Assembly: GCA_017427645.1 (NCBI GenBank)
Contig: JAFRSI010000141.1
Span: forward strand, 6,395 to 70,394
Direction: 5' to 3'
Length of the DNA stretch: 64,000 nt
From: Oscillospiraceae bacterium
GTDB taxonomy: Bacteria; Bacillota; Clostridia; Oscillospirales; Oscillospiraceae
Positions 16,756 to 26,408 of the stretch are shown here, in pieces (positions within the stretch are counted from its first letter, which is position 1; every line of letters starts with the position of its first letter). The notes below the pieces were generated by a model. That model saw nothing but the letters and a program-made list of their open reading frames with translations, made no database searches and had not been told where the DNA came from. Both the position numbers and the translations under genes were made by a program.

Positions 16756-19404
16756 TTATCCTTTCGCCTCCAGCCAGTTGCGTCCGGCGTGGGCCTCTGC
16801 CCGCAGGGGCACCGCCAGCCGGGCCACCTGCTCCATCTCCTCCGTCAAGAGCTCCTTTACCTTTTCCTGCTCCGCCTCCGGGCACTCCACGATCAGTTCG
16901 TCGTGGACCTGCATGATGAGGCGGGCCTCCAGCCCCTCGGCCAGGAGCCGCTGCCGGACCTTCACCATGGCCAGCTTGATGATATCGGCGGCCGTGCCCT
17001 GGATGGGCATGTTCAGGGCCACCCGCTCGCCGAAGGCGCGCATGTTGAAATTGGAGGATTTCAGCTCCGGCAGGGCGCGGCGCCGGTGCCACAGCGTCTC
17101 CACGTAGCCCCGCTCCTTCGCCTGCTCCACCACGTCGGTCATATACCGCTTCACACCCTGATAGGTGTCAAAGTACCGCTCCATATAGCTCCTGGCCTCC
17201 GCCACCGTGACGCCGATATCCTGGCTCAGGGAAAAGGCGGAGATGCCGTACACGATGCCGAAATTCACCGCCTTGGCGCTGCGGCGCATGTCGGCGCTCA
17301 CCTGCTCCGGCGGCACGTGGAACACCCGGGCTGCGGTGACGGTGTGGAAATCCGCCCCCTGGGCAAAGGCCTGCTGCATGGCGGCGTCTCCCGCCATATG
17401 GGCCAGCAGCCGCAGCTCGATCTGGGAGTAGTCGGCGTCCACCAGCACGCATCCCTCCTCCGCCGTGAACAGGCGGCGGATCTGACTGCCCAGATCCGTC
17501 CGGGTGGGGATGTTTTGCAGGTTGGGCTCCGTGGAGCTGAGGCGGCCGGTGGCCGTGACCGTCATCTGGAAGCTGGTCCGCACCCGCCCGTCGGGGCAGA
17601 TGGCCTTCAGCAGTCCGTCGGCGTAGGTGGATTTCAGCTTGGTATACTGGCGGTAGGTCAGGATCCGGTCCACGACAGGCGCGTCGGCGCGCAGCTTTTC
17701 CAGCACCTCGGCGTTGGTGGACCAGCCGGTTTTCGTCTTCTTCCCATGGGGCAGGCGCAGGTCCTCAAAGAGCACCTTGCCCAGCTGCTTAGGGGAGTTG
17801 ATGTTGAACTCGCTGCCCGCCAGGTCGTAGATCTCCCGCTCCAGGGCGACGATCTTCCCCTCCAGCCAGGCGCCGAACGCAGCCAGCTGACCGCCGTCGC
17901 AGCGCATGCCGGCGCACTCCATCTCCGCCAGCACCCGGCACAGGGGCAGCTCCACCTCCGTGAACAACTGCCACATCTGCTGCTCTTTCAGCCGCGGCTC
18001 CTGGAACTCCCGCAGGGCGGCGATGGCGCTGCAGCGGCTGTCCAGCGAGGCCTCCGCCATGGCGGCGTCGCCCAGGGGGGAGAAATCGGCGGCGGCCAGG
18101 TGGGCCTGCCCCGTCACCTCCCGGTTGTAATAGCTCATAAAGAGCCGCTCGATTTCATAGCCGCCGGCGGTGGCGTCCAGCAGATAACCGGCCAGAGCCG
18201 TGTCGAAGACGAAGCCCGCCGGGTCGATCCCCTCCTCCAGCAGCGCGCGGATCAGATCCTTCACGTTGTGGGACACCTTTTTGACGTCCCCGGCAAACAG
18301 GGCGGCCAGCAGGGCGTCCCAGTCGCCGGTGTAGTGCTGGGCGATCAGATTGGCGGTGAGAGAGGTCCTCTCCCCCGTCTCGCACTCCACCGCTATGGCG
18401 CACAGATCCGGCAGGGCGCAGACCGTCACGGCCTCCGCCTGCCGCCACAGAGCCAGCAGCTCCTCCGCCCGTTCCGGGTCCGTGACGTTCTCCACGGTGA
18501 CCTGGCAGTCGGCGTCCAGCTCCTCCGTCTCCCGGGGCGGGACCAGATGGTATTTGTCGATGAGCTTCTTGAATTCCAGCCGCAGGAAGATATCGTACAG
18601 CTCCGGCCGGAAGGGCTGGCGCAGATTGTCCGCCGGGGCAAAGGGCAGCGGCGCGTCGGTGACGATGGTGGCCAGCCAGTAGGAGCGGCGGGCGCTCTCC
18701 TCCCCCTCGGTGAGCTTTTTGATGACGCCCGGCTTGGCGTGGAGCTGCGGCAGCGCGCCATAGATGGCGTCAATGCTCTTGTACTCCTGCACCAGGGCCA
18801 TGGCGGTCTTTTCTCCCACGCCCGGCACGCCGGGGATATTGTCCGAGGAATCGCCCATCAGGGCCTTCAGATCCACCATGTGGATGGGCTCAAAGCCGTA
18901 CTCCGCCTGGAAGCTCTCCGGCGTCATATCCCGGGTGGTGGTCTGGCCCATGCGGGTGGAGACCAGCTTTACCCTGGTGCGGTCCGTCACCAGTTGGAGG
19001 CTGTCCTTGTCGCCGGTGACCACCACGCACTCCCAGCCCTCCGCCTCACAGCGGCGGGAGATGGTGCCGATCAGATCGTCCGCCTCGTAGCCCGCCAGCT
19101 CGTAGCGGGGGATGGCCATGGCGTCCAGTACCTGCTTGAGCACCGGCATCTGCATGGCCAGCTCCTCCGGCATGGGGTGGCGGGTCGCCTTATAGCTCTC
19201 GTCCGCCCGGTGGCGGAAGGTGGGCTCCCGCCGGTCAAAGGTGACGCACAGCGCCTCCGGCCGCTCCTCATCCAGCAATCGCTGCAGCGTGGTGACGAAG
19301 CCGTACACCGCGTTGGTGTGCAGTCCCTCCCGGGTGGTCAGCGGGCGTATTCCGTAAAAAGAGCGGTTGATGATGCTGTTGCCGTCCAAAACCATCAGCT
19401 TCAA
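16756..19404 (-). CDS. polA: DNA polymerase I
   Basis: 5'-exonuclease DGNS, YEADD, GDSSDNIPGV; polymerase GRLSSTEPNLQNIP, DYSQIELR, KAVNFGIVYG, QVHDEL; TTG start with GGAGG RBS. Confidence 0.97.
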   Translation of the reverse strand: MKLMVLDGNSIINRSFYGIRPLTTREGLHTNAVYGFVTTLQRLLDEERPEALCVTFDRREPTFRHRADESYKATRHPMPEELAMQMPVLKQVLDAMAIPRYELAGYEADDLIGTISRRCEAEGWECVVVTGDKDSLQLVTDRTRVKLVSTRMGQTTTRDMTPESFQAEYGFEPIHMVDLKALMGDSSDNIPGVPGVGEKTAMALVQEYKSIDAIYGALPQLHAKPGVIKKLTEGEESARRSYWLATIVTDAPLPFAPADNLRQPFRPELYDIFLRLEFKKLIDKYHLVPPRETEELDADCQVTVENVTDPERAEELLALWRQAEAVTVCALPDLCAIAVECETGERTSLTANLIAQHYTGDWDALLAALFAGDVKKVSHNVKDLIRALLEEGIDPAGFVFDTALAGYLLDATAGGYEIERLFMSYYNREVTGQAHLAAADFSPLGDAAMAEASLDSRCSAIAALREFQEPRLKEQQMWQLFTEVELPLCRVLAEMECAGMRCDGGQLAAFGAWLEGKIVALEREIYDLAGSEFNINSPKQLGKVLFEDLRLPHGKKTKTGWSTNAEVLEKLRADAPVVDRILTYRQYTKLKSTYADGLLKAICPDGRVRTSFQMTVTATGRLSSTEPNLQNIPTRTDLGSQIRRLFTAEEGCVLVDADYSQIELRLLAHMAGDAAMQQAFAQGADFHTVTAARVFHVPPEQVSADMRRSAKAVNFGIVYGISAFSLSQDIGVTVAEARSYMERYFDTYQGVKRYMTDVVEQAKERGYVETLWHRRRALPELKSSNFNMRAFGERVALNMPIQGTAADIIKLAMVKVRQRLLAEGLEARLIMQVHDELIVECPEAEQEKVKELLTEEMEQVARLAVPLRAEAHAGRNWLEAKG

Positions 19405-19456
19405 GGCGATCCCTCCCTGCCGTCGCTCGTATCGTCGCACGTTTAATCAATTGTTT

Positions 19457-19485
19457 ATTATAGTACATTTTCCCCCATAAGACAA
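19457..19485 (-). promoter_or_regulatory. polA promoter
   Basis: TTGTCT-17-TATAAT. Confidence 0.65.
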
Positions 19486-19496
19486 CTGTGAAACTC

Positions 19497-19524
19497 TTGA
19501 CAAGTCATTTTGGTGTGGTAAACT
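19497..19524 (+). promoter_or_regulatory. Promoter of the AEC transporter operon
   Basis: TTGACA-16-TAAACT with extended TG. Confidence 0.65.
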
Positions 19525-19784
19525 TGCTGTGTTCATTTTGCCGCGGCAGAACAGGCAGCGCATTTATGGGATCCGGAACACTTTCAATAATCCGTGTCCG
19601 TTTCTCCGTGCCGCAATCCCGGGACTGGCCGGGCTGCCTGTCCTCCCTGGAGCTGCTCTGCGGCGGCTGTCTGCTGCTGCCGCCTGGGCACCGCCGGCAT
19701 GCTCCGGTTCCCGGCGACTGCCGCCGCTGCCGGCGCTTTCGCCGTGTTTTTGGCGACGCGCAAGAAAGGAGATACAAGAAGCCA

Positions 19785-20720
19785 ATGACGATCCTCTCTT
19801 CCTTCCTGATGGTGGGCGAGCGCGTTTTCCATCTGTTCCTCATGTCCGTGGCCGGCTTCATTCTGGGGCGGGCCAGGCTCCTCGACGAGCGGGGCGCCTA
19901 CGGTCTGAACAACGTGCTGCTCTACGTCGGTCTCCCCTGCATGCTGCTCTCCGCCTTTCAGAAGGCCCCGGAGGACGGCGGGCTGTCCAACTTCTTCCTG
20001 GCTACCCTTCTGGCCGCCGCCATTCACGTTATCAGCATCCTGATCGCCCATCTGACGATCCACCACGAGAACCGCCAGCAGGAGACCGTCTTCCGGCTGG
20101 CTGCCAGCATGTGCAACTGCGGCTTCATGGCTATGCCCCTGCAGTCGTCCCTGCTGGGCAGCATCGGCGTCTTCTACGGCTCCGCTTACAGCATGGTGTT
20201 CAACCTGTTCAGCTGGACCTACGCCCTCACCATGATGTCCGGCTCGAGAAAAGGCTTCTCCGTCCGGCGCCTGATCCTCAACCCCGGCATCATGGGGGTG
20301 ATCGTGTCCCTCACGCTGTATCTCCTGCACGTCCGGCTCCCCAGTCTGCTGCTGACTCCCGTCACCTATCTGGGCGAGCTGACCATCACTCTGCCCATGC
20401 TCATCATCGGCTACCAGCTCTCCCAGGTGAATTTTAGCTTCGTGCTGAAGCGCAGCGGATTCTGGATCTCCGCCGCCCTGCGGCTCCTGGTCTTCCCCGC
20501 TCTGGCGCTGGGGCTCTGCATCCTTCTGCGCATGGACCGGACCCTTCTGCTGACCATGGTCATCGCCGCCTCCACGCCGGCGGCCGCCGTCATCAACATG
20601 TTCGCCCTGCGCTTCAACGGCGATTCCAAGCTGGCCTCCAGCACGGTGGCCGTCTCCACGGTGCTCTCCTGCCTGACCATCCCGCTGATGGTGGGCCTGG
20701 CCATGGCCCTGGTGCCGTAA
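19785..20720 (+). CDS. AEC (auxin efflux carrier/malate permease) family transporter
   Basis: About 10 TM; NCGFMAMP, NPGI, ASTPAA, STVLSCLTIP; RBS aaagga. Confidence 0.85.
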   Translation: MTILSSFLMVGERVFHLFLMSVAGFILGRARLLDERGAYGLNNVLLYVGLPCMLLSAFQKAPEDGGLSNFFLATLLAAAIHVISILIAHLTIHHENRQQETVFRLAASMCNCGFMAMPLQSSLLGSIGVFYGSAYSMVFNLFSWTYALTMMSGSRKGFSVRRLILNPGIMGVIVSLTLYLLHVRLPSLLLTPVTYLGELTITLPMLIIGYQLSQVNFSFVLKRSGFWISAALRLLVFPALALGLCILLRMDRTLLLTMVIAASTPAAAVINMFALRFNGDSKLASSTVAVSTVLSCLTIPLMVGLAMALVP

Positions 20721-20742
20721 TGCCCTCACAAGGAGGTTCCCC

Positions 20743-21459
20743 ATGCTGAAGGCTGTTTTATTCGATCTGGACGGAACGCTTCTGCCCATGGACCAGGACG
20801 CGTTCACCGAAGGCTATTTCAAGTTTCTGTGCAAAAAGCTGATCCCCCACGGATACGAGCCCCAGGCCTTGATCCGGTCCATCTGGCACAGCACCGGCGC
20901 CATGGTGCGCAACGACGGCTCCTGCTCCAACGAGGAGGCCTTTTGGCGGGACTTTACGCAGGTCCTGGGACAGAAGGCCGCGGAGGACCGCCCCCTGTTC
21001 GAGGAATTCTACGCCGTTGATTTCCAGGTCGCCCGATCCCTGTGCGGCTTCACGCCCCGGGCAGCGGAGACCATCGCCCTGCTGAAGGACGCCGGCGTCC
21101 GCAGGATCCTGGCCACCAATCCCATTTTCCCCGCCGTCGCCACCCGGACCCGGATCCGCTGGGCGGGCCTGGAGCCGGAGGACTTTGAGCTCTGCACCAC
21201 CTATGAGAACATCGGCTTCAGCAAGCCGAACCCCGCGTACTACCGGGAGATTCTGCGCAGGCTGGAGCTCCCGGCGGAGGATTGCCTGATGGTGGGCAAC
21301 GACGTGGAGGAGGACATGATCGCCGCCCGGCTGAACATGCCGGTCTTTCTCCTCACCGACTGCCTTATCAACCGCTCCGACGCAGATCTGTCCGCCTTTC
21401 CCCACGGCGGATTTGACGAGCTGATGACCTTCCTGCGCCGACGCCTGACAAACGCATAA
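20743..21459 (+). CDS. HAD-family hydrolase
   Basis: FDLDGTLL, ATNP, KPNP, MVGND. Confidence 0.85.
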   Translation: MLKAVLFDLDGTLLPMDQDAFTEGYFKFLCKKLIPHGYEPQALIRSIWHSTGAMVRNDGSCSNEEAFWRDFTQVLGQKAAEDRPLFEEFYAVDFQVARSLCGFTPRAAETIALLKDAGVRRILATNPIFPAVATRTRIRWAGLEPEDFELCTTYENIGFSKPNPAYYREILRRLELPAEDCLMVGNDVEEDMIAARLNMPVFLLTDCLINRSDADLSAFPHGGFDELMTFLRRRLTNA

Positions 21460-21460
21460 G

Positions 21461-21499
21461 AAACGCCCGCAGACGCTGTCCACGTCTGCGGGCGTTTTT
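21461..21499. terminator. Bidirectional terminator
   Basis: aaacgcccgcagacg...cgtctgcgggcgttttt. Confidence 0.8.
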
Positions 21500-21507
21500 C
21501 ATTTTTC

Positions 21508-22416
21508 CTATTCCCCTGTCAGCGGGTAGCTGATATCCACCGTCCCGAAGGTTCCCCGCATCTCGCCGTCCAGCAGAATCTGCACCGCGTCGACGCCGTC
21601 GATGGAGCACAGGGAGCGGGTCACGCTCTGGACCAGCAGGGCCTGCTGCTCCGGGTCCTCCGGCAGAAGCTCCTCGTCCGTGCCCGGCAGATTCAAATAG
21701 CAGACGCCGTTTTCCGCCCGCAGGGACAGGGCAGCAAAGCCATGCGGCAGCAGGGGCGTCAGCTCCGTGCTCTCCGGCCCGGCCAGCAGCGCGTTCATGA
21801 TGACAGTGCCGCGGCTCTCGCCCTCGTACAGGGTCAGCAGCCGGTCCTCTCCCGCCAGCTCCCCTTCCGATCCGCGGAAATACAGCCGGGCGGCAAAGGT
21901 TCGCACCACATCTTCTGTGCTGGTGAGCAGAGCGTCGCCTGCCAGAAGGATATTGCTGTGGCGGTAAGAGAGCTCCAGTCCATTCACCAGGATACGCACC
22001 ATGCGGATGGGCGCGATCTGCGTCAGCGTCAGGGTGACGCAGTAGTCGGCCATGCTCAGTTTCATGCCGGAGAGCTGGCCGTAGGCGGCGGAGAAGTCCA
22101 CCACCGCCATGCTGCCGTTGATGCTGCAGCCCAGCAGATGGGTCCCCGCCGGGATGGGGCTGGACAATGCCGGATCGTCGCTCCCCGCCAGCAGCAGGTG
22201 CAGGGCTTCACGGGCCTGTACCTCCGGCGGGCGCTTTGCCTGCTCCGTCCAATCCACCCGGGCGGCGGCCAGGATATCTCCGCCCCCCGCCTGCTGGGGC
22301 TCGGCGACGTAATAGACGGACAATCCGGTCCCCTCCGGCGCCGTGGAGGCGACGCCGCAGCCGGCCAGGCAGATCAGCACGGTCAGGCACAGCAGCAGGG
22401 TCAGCCATCTCTTCAT
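21508..22416 (-). CDS. GerMN-domain lipoprotein (two GerMN repeats)
   Basis: Lipobox LAGC; LLAG..SPIPAGT..VDFS..TLTQ and LLAGP..YLNL..SLCSIDGVDAVQILLDG repeats. Confidence 0.8.
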   Translation of the reverse strand: MKRWLTLLLCLTVLICLAGCGVASTAPEGTGLSVYYVAEPQQAGGGDILAAARVDWTEQAKRPPEVQAREALHLLLAGSDDPALSSPIPAGTHLLGCSINGSMAVVDFSAAYGQLSGMKLSMADYCVTLTLTQIAPIRMVRILVNGLELSYRHSNILLAGDALLTSTEDVVRTFAARLYFRGSEGELAGEDRLLTLYEGESRGTVIMNALLAGPESTELTPLLPHGFAALSLRAENGVCYLNLPGTDEELLPEDPEQQALLVQSVTRSLCSIDGVDAVQILLDGEMRGTFGTVDISYPLTGE

Positions 22417-23840
22417 GCGTCGCCACCTCCCTCCGCCAGCGGAAGCCGGACGGTAAAGACCGATCCTCTGCCGGCAGCGCGGGGACTGACGGAGACGGTG
22501 CCGCCCCGCCGCACCACGGTGTCACGCACGATGGACAGGCCCAGGCCCGTGCCGCCCACCTGGCGGGAGCGCGTCTTGTCCACCCGGTAAAAGCGCTCAA
22601 AGATGTGGTCCATGTCCTCCGCCGGGATACCGATACCGTTGTCCTCCACCCGGATGACCACGGCCTGCTCCTCCACGGAGGCGATGGTATGGACAAAGCC
22701 CATCTGGCTGGAGTACTTGATGGCGTTCTCCATCAGATTGTAGAGGATCTGGTGCACGTCGTCCTCCGTGGCCAGCACCACGGCCTGCGGGTCCGCCTCC
22801 CAGGACAGGGAGACCTCCTTTTCCCGGGCCACCATGCCCAGCATACGCACCACACGCTCCAGCACCGGTCCCACCGGCACGGCGCCGGGGCTCTCCATGG
22901 CGTCGCTGTCCAGCCGCGTCAGGCGCAGAAGGTCCTCGCTGATCCGGCTGAGGCGCTCCGCCTCCTGGCCGATGTCCGTGACGAACTCCCGCACGGTGGC
23001 GGGATCCATCTGCTCGGTCTGCAGGATGGAATCCGTCAGCAGCCGGATGCCGGCCAGCGGCGTCTTCAGCTCGTGACTGGCGTCGGAGACAAAACGGCGG
23101 CGGGCGTTTTCCGTGGTCTGCAGGCGGTCGGTCAGACTGTTGAATTCGGCGGCGATCTGGGCGATCTCGTCCGTGCCGCGGACGTTGGCCCGGCGGCTGT
23201 AGGCGCCCTCCCGCACGCTGCGGATGGCCTGCAGCAGGTCGCTGATCTGCCGGGTGAACAGCCGGGAGAGCAGCATGCTCAGCAGGATCACCAGCACGCC
23301 GATGACTGCCGAAATCACCATCAGGTTCTGCTGGAAGCTCTGCAGCAGCTCCGCCTGCTCCGTGTCATACTCGTAGGCGTAGATCGCCCCGATGATCTGA
23401 TTGTGATAGACCAGAGGCTCGGCGCTGCGGCTGATGAACGCCTTGCTGTCGTAGCGGCAGTAGAAGGCGTCGTTGCCCGACAGGGCCTGGGCCACCTCGG
23501 TATAAAAGGCGTACAGCCCCCGGGCGTTGCCCGTCTCACGGGAGTCGTACAAGATGCGCCCGGCGGTGTCTGTCACCAGGAGGCGGCTGACGCCGGTCTC
23601 CCGGAGGCCGCCCAATGCCTGCCCCACGTTCTCCTCCGTCAGCCGTGCCAGGCCGGACAGGGAGGTTTCGATCACCTTCACGCTGTTGAACATGGCCGTC
23701 CGCTTGGAGCGGAACACCAGGTTCTGCGACACCAGCAGCGGGTAGGAGTTCAGCAGCACCAGAACGGCCAGGATGATGACGATGTAACTGGCGCCGAACT
23801 TAAATTGCAGGCTGGTTCTCCCCTTGAAAATAGTAACCAA
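22413..23840 (-). CDS. HAMP-domain sensor histidine kinase
   Basis: Two TM; H-box SDASHELKTPL; NLMENAIKY, DNGIGI, FERFYRVD, GTGLGL; start codon uncertain. Confidence 0.92.
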   Translation of the reverse strand: MVTIFKGRTSLQFKFGASYIVIILAVLVLLNSYPLLVSQNLVFRSKRTAMFNSVKVIETSLSGLARLTEENVGQALGGLRETGVSRLLVTDTAGRILYDSRETGNARGLYAFYTEVAQALSGNDAFYCRYDSKAFISRSAEPLVYHNQIIGAIYAYEYDTEQAELLQSFQQNLMVISAVIGVLVILLSMLLSRLFTRQISDLLQAIRSVREGAYSRRANVRGTDEIAQIAAEFNSLTDRLQTTENARRRFVSDASHELKTPLAGIRLLTDSILQTEQMDPATVREFVTDIGQEAERLSRISEDLLRLTRLDSDAMESPGAVPVGPVLERVVRMLGMVAREKEVSLSWEADPQAVVLATEDDVHQILYNLMENAIKYSSQMGFVHTIASVEEQAVVIRVEDNGIGIPAEDMDHIFERFYRVDKTRSRQVGGTGLGLSIVRDTVVRRGGTVSVSPRAAGRGSVFTVRLPLAEGGGDA

Positions 23841-24501
23841 CTCCCCACTTCGTCATGATATATACCGGCTCGGCCGGATTTGGTTCCAGCTTCTCACGCA
23901 GGCGGCGGACGTGGACGTCCACCGTGCGGTAATCACCCACGTAGGAGTAGCCCCACACCAGGTTCATGAGGCTCTCGCGGCTGTAGACACGCCGGGGATT
24001 CTTCATCAGCAGCTCCAGGAGATCGTACTCCTTGGCGGTCAGATCGATGATCTTTCCGCCCCGGATCGCCACGCGCTGCTCCATATCCAGGCTCAGCGAG
24101 CCCACCGTCAGCAGGGCGCCGGAACGCTGCTGCTGACCGGCGCTGTTGGCCCGGCGCAGCAGGGCCCGGATCCGGGCGATGACCTCCCGGATATTGAAGG
24201 GCTTTGTCACGTAGTCGTCCGCGCCGCAGGCAAAGCCCATCAGCTTGTCCTCGTCCTCGCTGCGGGCGGTCAGCATGATCACAGGCACGTCGGAAAACTC
24301 CCGGATCTTCATACAGGCCTCCGTGCCGGAGAGGACGGGCATCATCAGATCCAGAATGATCAGGTCAAAATTGCCGGTGCGGGCCAGCTCCACGGCGGTG
24401 GCTCCGTCGTAGGCTGTCTCCACCTGAAAGCCCTCGTTTTCCAGGTTGAACCGGATCCCCTTGACCAACAGCTTTTCGTCGTCAACTACCAGAATCTTCA
24501 C
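23800..24501 (-). CDS. OmpR/PhoB-family response regulator
   Basis: VVDDE, LDLMMP, DDYVTKPF, RTVDVHVRRLREK, WGVGY. Confidence 0.93.
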   Translation of the reverse strand: MKILVVDDEKLLVKGIRFNLENEGFQVETAYDGATAVELARTGNFDLIILDLMMPVLSGTEACMKIREFSDVPVIMLTARSEDEDKLMGFACGADDYVTKPFNIREVIARIRALLRRANSAGQQQRSGALLTVGSLSLDMEQRVAIRGGKIIDLTAKEYDLLELLMKNPRRVYSRESLMNLVWGYSYVGDYRTVDVHVRRLREKLEPNPAEPVYIMTKWGVGYYFQGENQPAI

Positions 24502-24892
24502 GCGCTGCCTCCTCTCCCTTATCCTGCGGCGCCGTGCCGCTCACCGTAACGTAGGGGCGGATGTCCTCTACCGTCTTTTCTCCGATGCCGCTGACCCGGG
24601 TCAGCTCCTCCACCGAGGCAAAGGGGCCGTTGGCCGCCCGGTCGGCCACGATCCGTTCCGCCAGCGCCGGACCGATCCCCGGCAGGCGCTGCAGGGCCTC
24701 TTCGTCCGCCGTGTTCAGGTCGATGGGGTCCGGCTGCTGTGCCTCCTGCTCCTGCTGGGTCCGGACGGTGTAGCCGCCCTGCTTCTCCGCCCCGCGGCTG
24801 TTCAGATGCAGGATCAGCACCAGAAGCACGAAGGCAAACGTGGCGCACAGCAGAAATATCTCACTTTTTGTAACCTTCTCCGGCTTTCTCAC
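24482..24892 (-). CDS. comEA: ComEA-family helix-hairpin-helix DNA-binding protein
   Basis: N-terminal TM; IDLNTA..LQRLPGIGPALAERI..GPF..VSGIGEKT. Confidence 0.85.
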   Translation of the reverse strand: MRKPEKVTKSEIFLLCATFAFVLLVLILHLNSRGAEKQGGYTVRTQQEQEAQQPDPIDLNTADEEALQRLPGIGPALAERIVADRAANGPFASVEELTRVSGIGEKTVEDIRPYVTVSGTAPQDKGEEAAREDSGS

Positions 24893-24894
24893 GG

Positions 24895-24923
24895 TTGACT
24901 ACCCCACGCATTTTGCATATAAT
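24895..24923 (+). promoter_or_regulatory. Promoter of the D,D-carboxypeptidase gene
   Basis: TTGACT-17-TATAAT. Confidence 0.7.
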
Positions 24924-25018
24924 GGATTTACTCTACCTTCCAATCGCTGCGCATCGCAGCATTTTTGCACATAAAACCATACCATTTGTCATTATAGCAC
25001 ATCGGGAGAAAAAAGGAT

Positions 25019-26350
25019 ATGAAAATACGCCGTATTTTATCTGTTTTTTTGCTGACGGTCCTGCTCAGCACCATGTTCTGCATCGCCCCCGCCTACGCGC
25101 TGGAGGATCCGGACATTCAGGCTGCGGCGGCCCTGCTGGTGGACGCCGACACCGGGCACGTCCTCTACGCCAAAAATGAAAACGTACGGCGCGCTCCCGC
25201 CAGTCTGACAAAGCTGATGGTCTCCCTGCTGGTGATGGAGGCCCTGGAGCGGGGCGAGCTGAAGCTGGACCAGCCCATCACCGCCACCGTCAGCTCTCTG
25301 GCCAATCTGACGCCGGACAGCAGCACCGCCGATATCCGGGCTGGCGAGACCCTGACCGTGGAGCAGCTGCTCTACTGCATGCTGCTGGTGTCCGCCAACG
25401 AGGTGGGCGACATCATCGGCGAGGCCTACTGCGGCTCCGTGGGCGCCTTCATTGATCTGATGAACCAGCGCGCCATGGAGCTGGGCTGCACAAACACCAA
25501 TTTCGTCAATTCCTCCGGTCTGGACGATCCCAACCATTACACCACCGCCTGGGATCTCTACCTGATCACCCGGGAGGTCATGAAGTACGACACCTTTATG
25601 ACCATCTGCAACAGCAAATCCTATACCGTGCCCGAGACCAATATCTCCGGCGCCCGGGAGCTGCACACCACCAACGGCCTCATCTCCAACTGGCGCTATC
25701 TGGGCTACCTGTACGACGGCGCCGTGGGCATCAAGACCGGCACCACGCCGGAGGCAGGGCGCTGCCTGGTATCCTCCGCCAAACGGTCCGGCCGCTCCCT
25801 GGTCAGCGTGATGCTGGGCGCGGGGCTGTCGGAGGACGGGCGCATCATGAGCTTCCTGGAGACGGCCCGCCTCTTTGACTGGGGCTTCGACAACTTCGTC
25901 TTCACCAAGGTGACGGATGAGGACAAGCTCTACGCCGTGCCGGTGGAGCTGTCCAAGGAGACCGACACCATCATGGTCCATCCGGAGGAGACCACCGAGG
26001 TGCTCCTGCCCAAGGATCTGGTGCCGGAGACCGACCTGACCTACAAGCTGGATCTGCCCGAATCCGTGGACGCCCCCATTGCCGCCGGGCAGAGACTGGG
26101 CACTGTGACCGTCATCTACAACGGTGAGGAATACGCCGTGGTCCCCCTGCTGGCCGTCAGCGACGTCTCCTCCTCCCGTTTCCTGATCATCAAGCGGACC
26201 ATCCAGCAGTACCTGGCCATGCCCTACGTGAGGATCGGCCTCATCGCGCTGGCCGTTTTGATCCTGGTGCTGGTGATCTGGATCCGCCTGACCCGCACCC
26301 GCCGCCGCTATCGCCGGGGCGGAAAGCGCTACCGCGGCAGAAGCAGATAA
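25019..26350 (+). CDS. D-alanyl-D-alanine carboxypeptidase (peptidase S11, DacA-like)
   Basis: PASLTK (SxxK), SAN (SxN), KTG; signal peptide and C-terminal TM with basic tail. Confidence 0.92.
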   Translation: MKIRRILSVFLLTVLLSTMFCIAPAYALEDPDIQAAAALLVDADTGHVLYAKNENVRRAPASLTKLMVSLLVMEALERGELKLDQPITATVSSLANLTPDSSTADIRAGETLTVEQLLYCMLLVSANEVGDIIGEAYCGSVGAFIDLMNQRAMELGCTNTNFVNSSGLDDPNHYTTAWDLYLITREVMKYDTFMTICNSKSYTVPETNISGARELHTTNGLISNWRYLGYLYDGAVGIKTGTTPEAGRCLVSSAKRSGRSLVSVMLGAGLSEDGRIMSFLETARLFDWGFDNFVFTKVTDEDKLYAVPVELSKETDTIMVHPEETTEVLLPKDLVPETDLTYKLDLPESVDAPIAAGQRLGTVTVIYNGEEYAVVPLLAVSDVSSSRFLIIKRTIQQYLAMPYVRIGLIALAVLILVLVIWIRLTRTRRRYRRGGKRYRGRSR

Positions 26351-26356
26351 GATTTG

Positions 26357-26392
26357 AATACGGCCATCCCACAATCCGGGGATGGCCGTATT
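26357..26392 (+). terminator. Hairpin terminator after the carboxypeptidase
   Basis: aatacggccatccc...gggatggccgtatt. Confidence 0.7.
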
Positions 26393-26408
26393 GTTGAAAG
26401 GAGTTCCC

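Noticed and set aside
16171-19446. Very long antisense ORFs (e.g. 1091 aa opposite polA, 1000 aa at 52219-55221, 798 aa at 8259-10655)
   Set aside because: Shadow frames of GC3-rich genes; no motifs, no RBS, composition typical of antisense translation
19616-19691. Firm ZMP/ZTP riboswitch call
   Set aside because: Only GACTGG and CCGCCTGGGCA match; P2 and pseudoknot pairing are not convincing, so it is kept only as an unclassified structured leader
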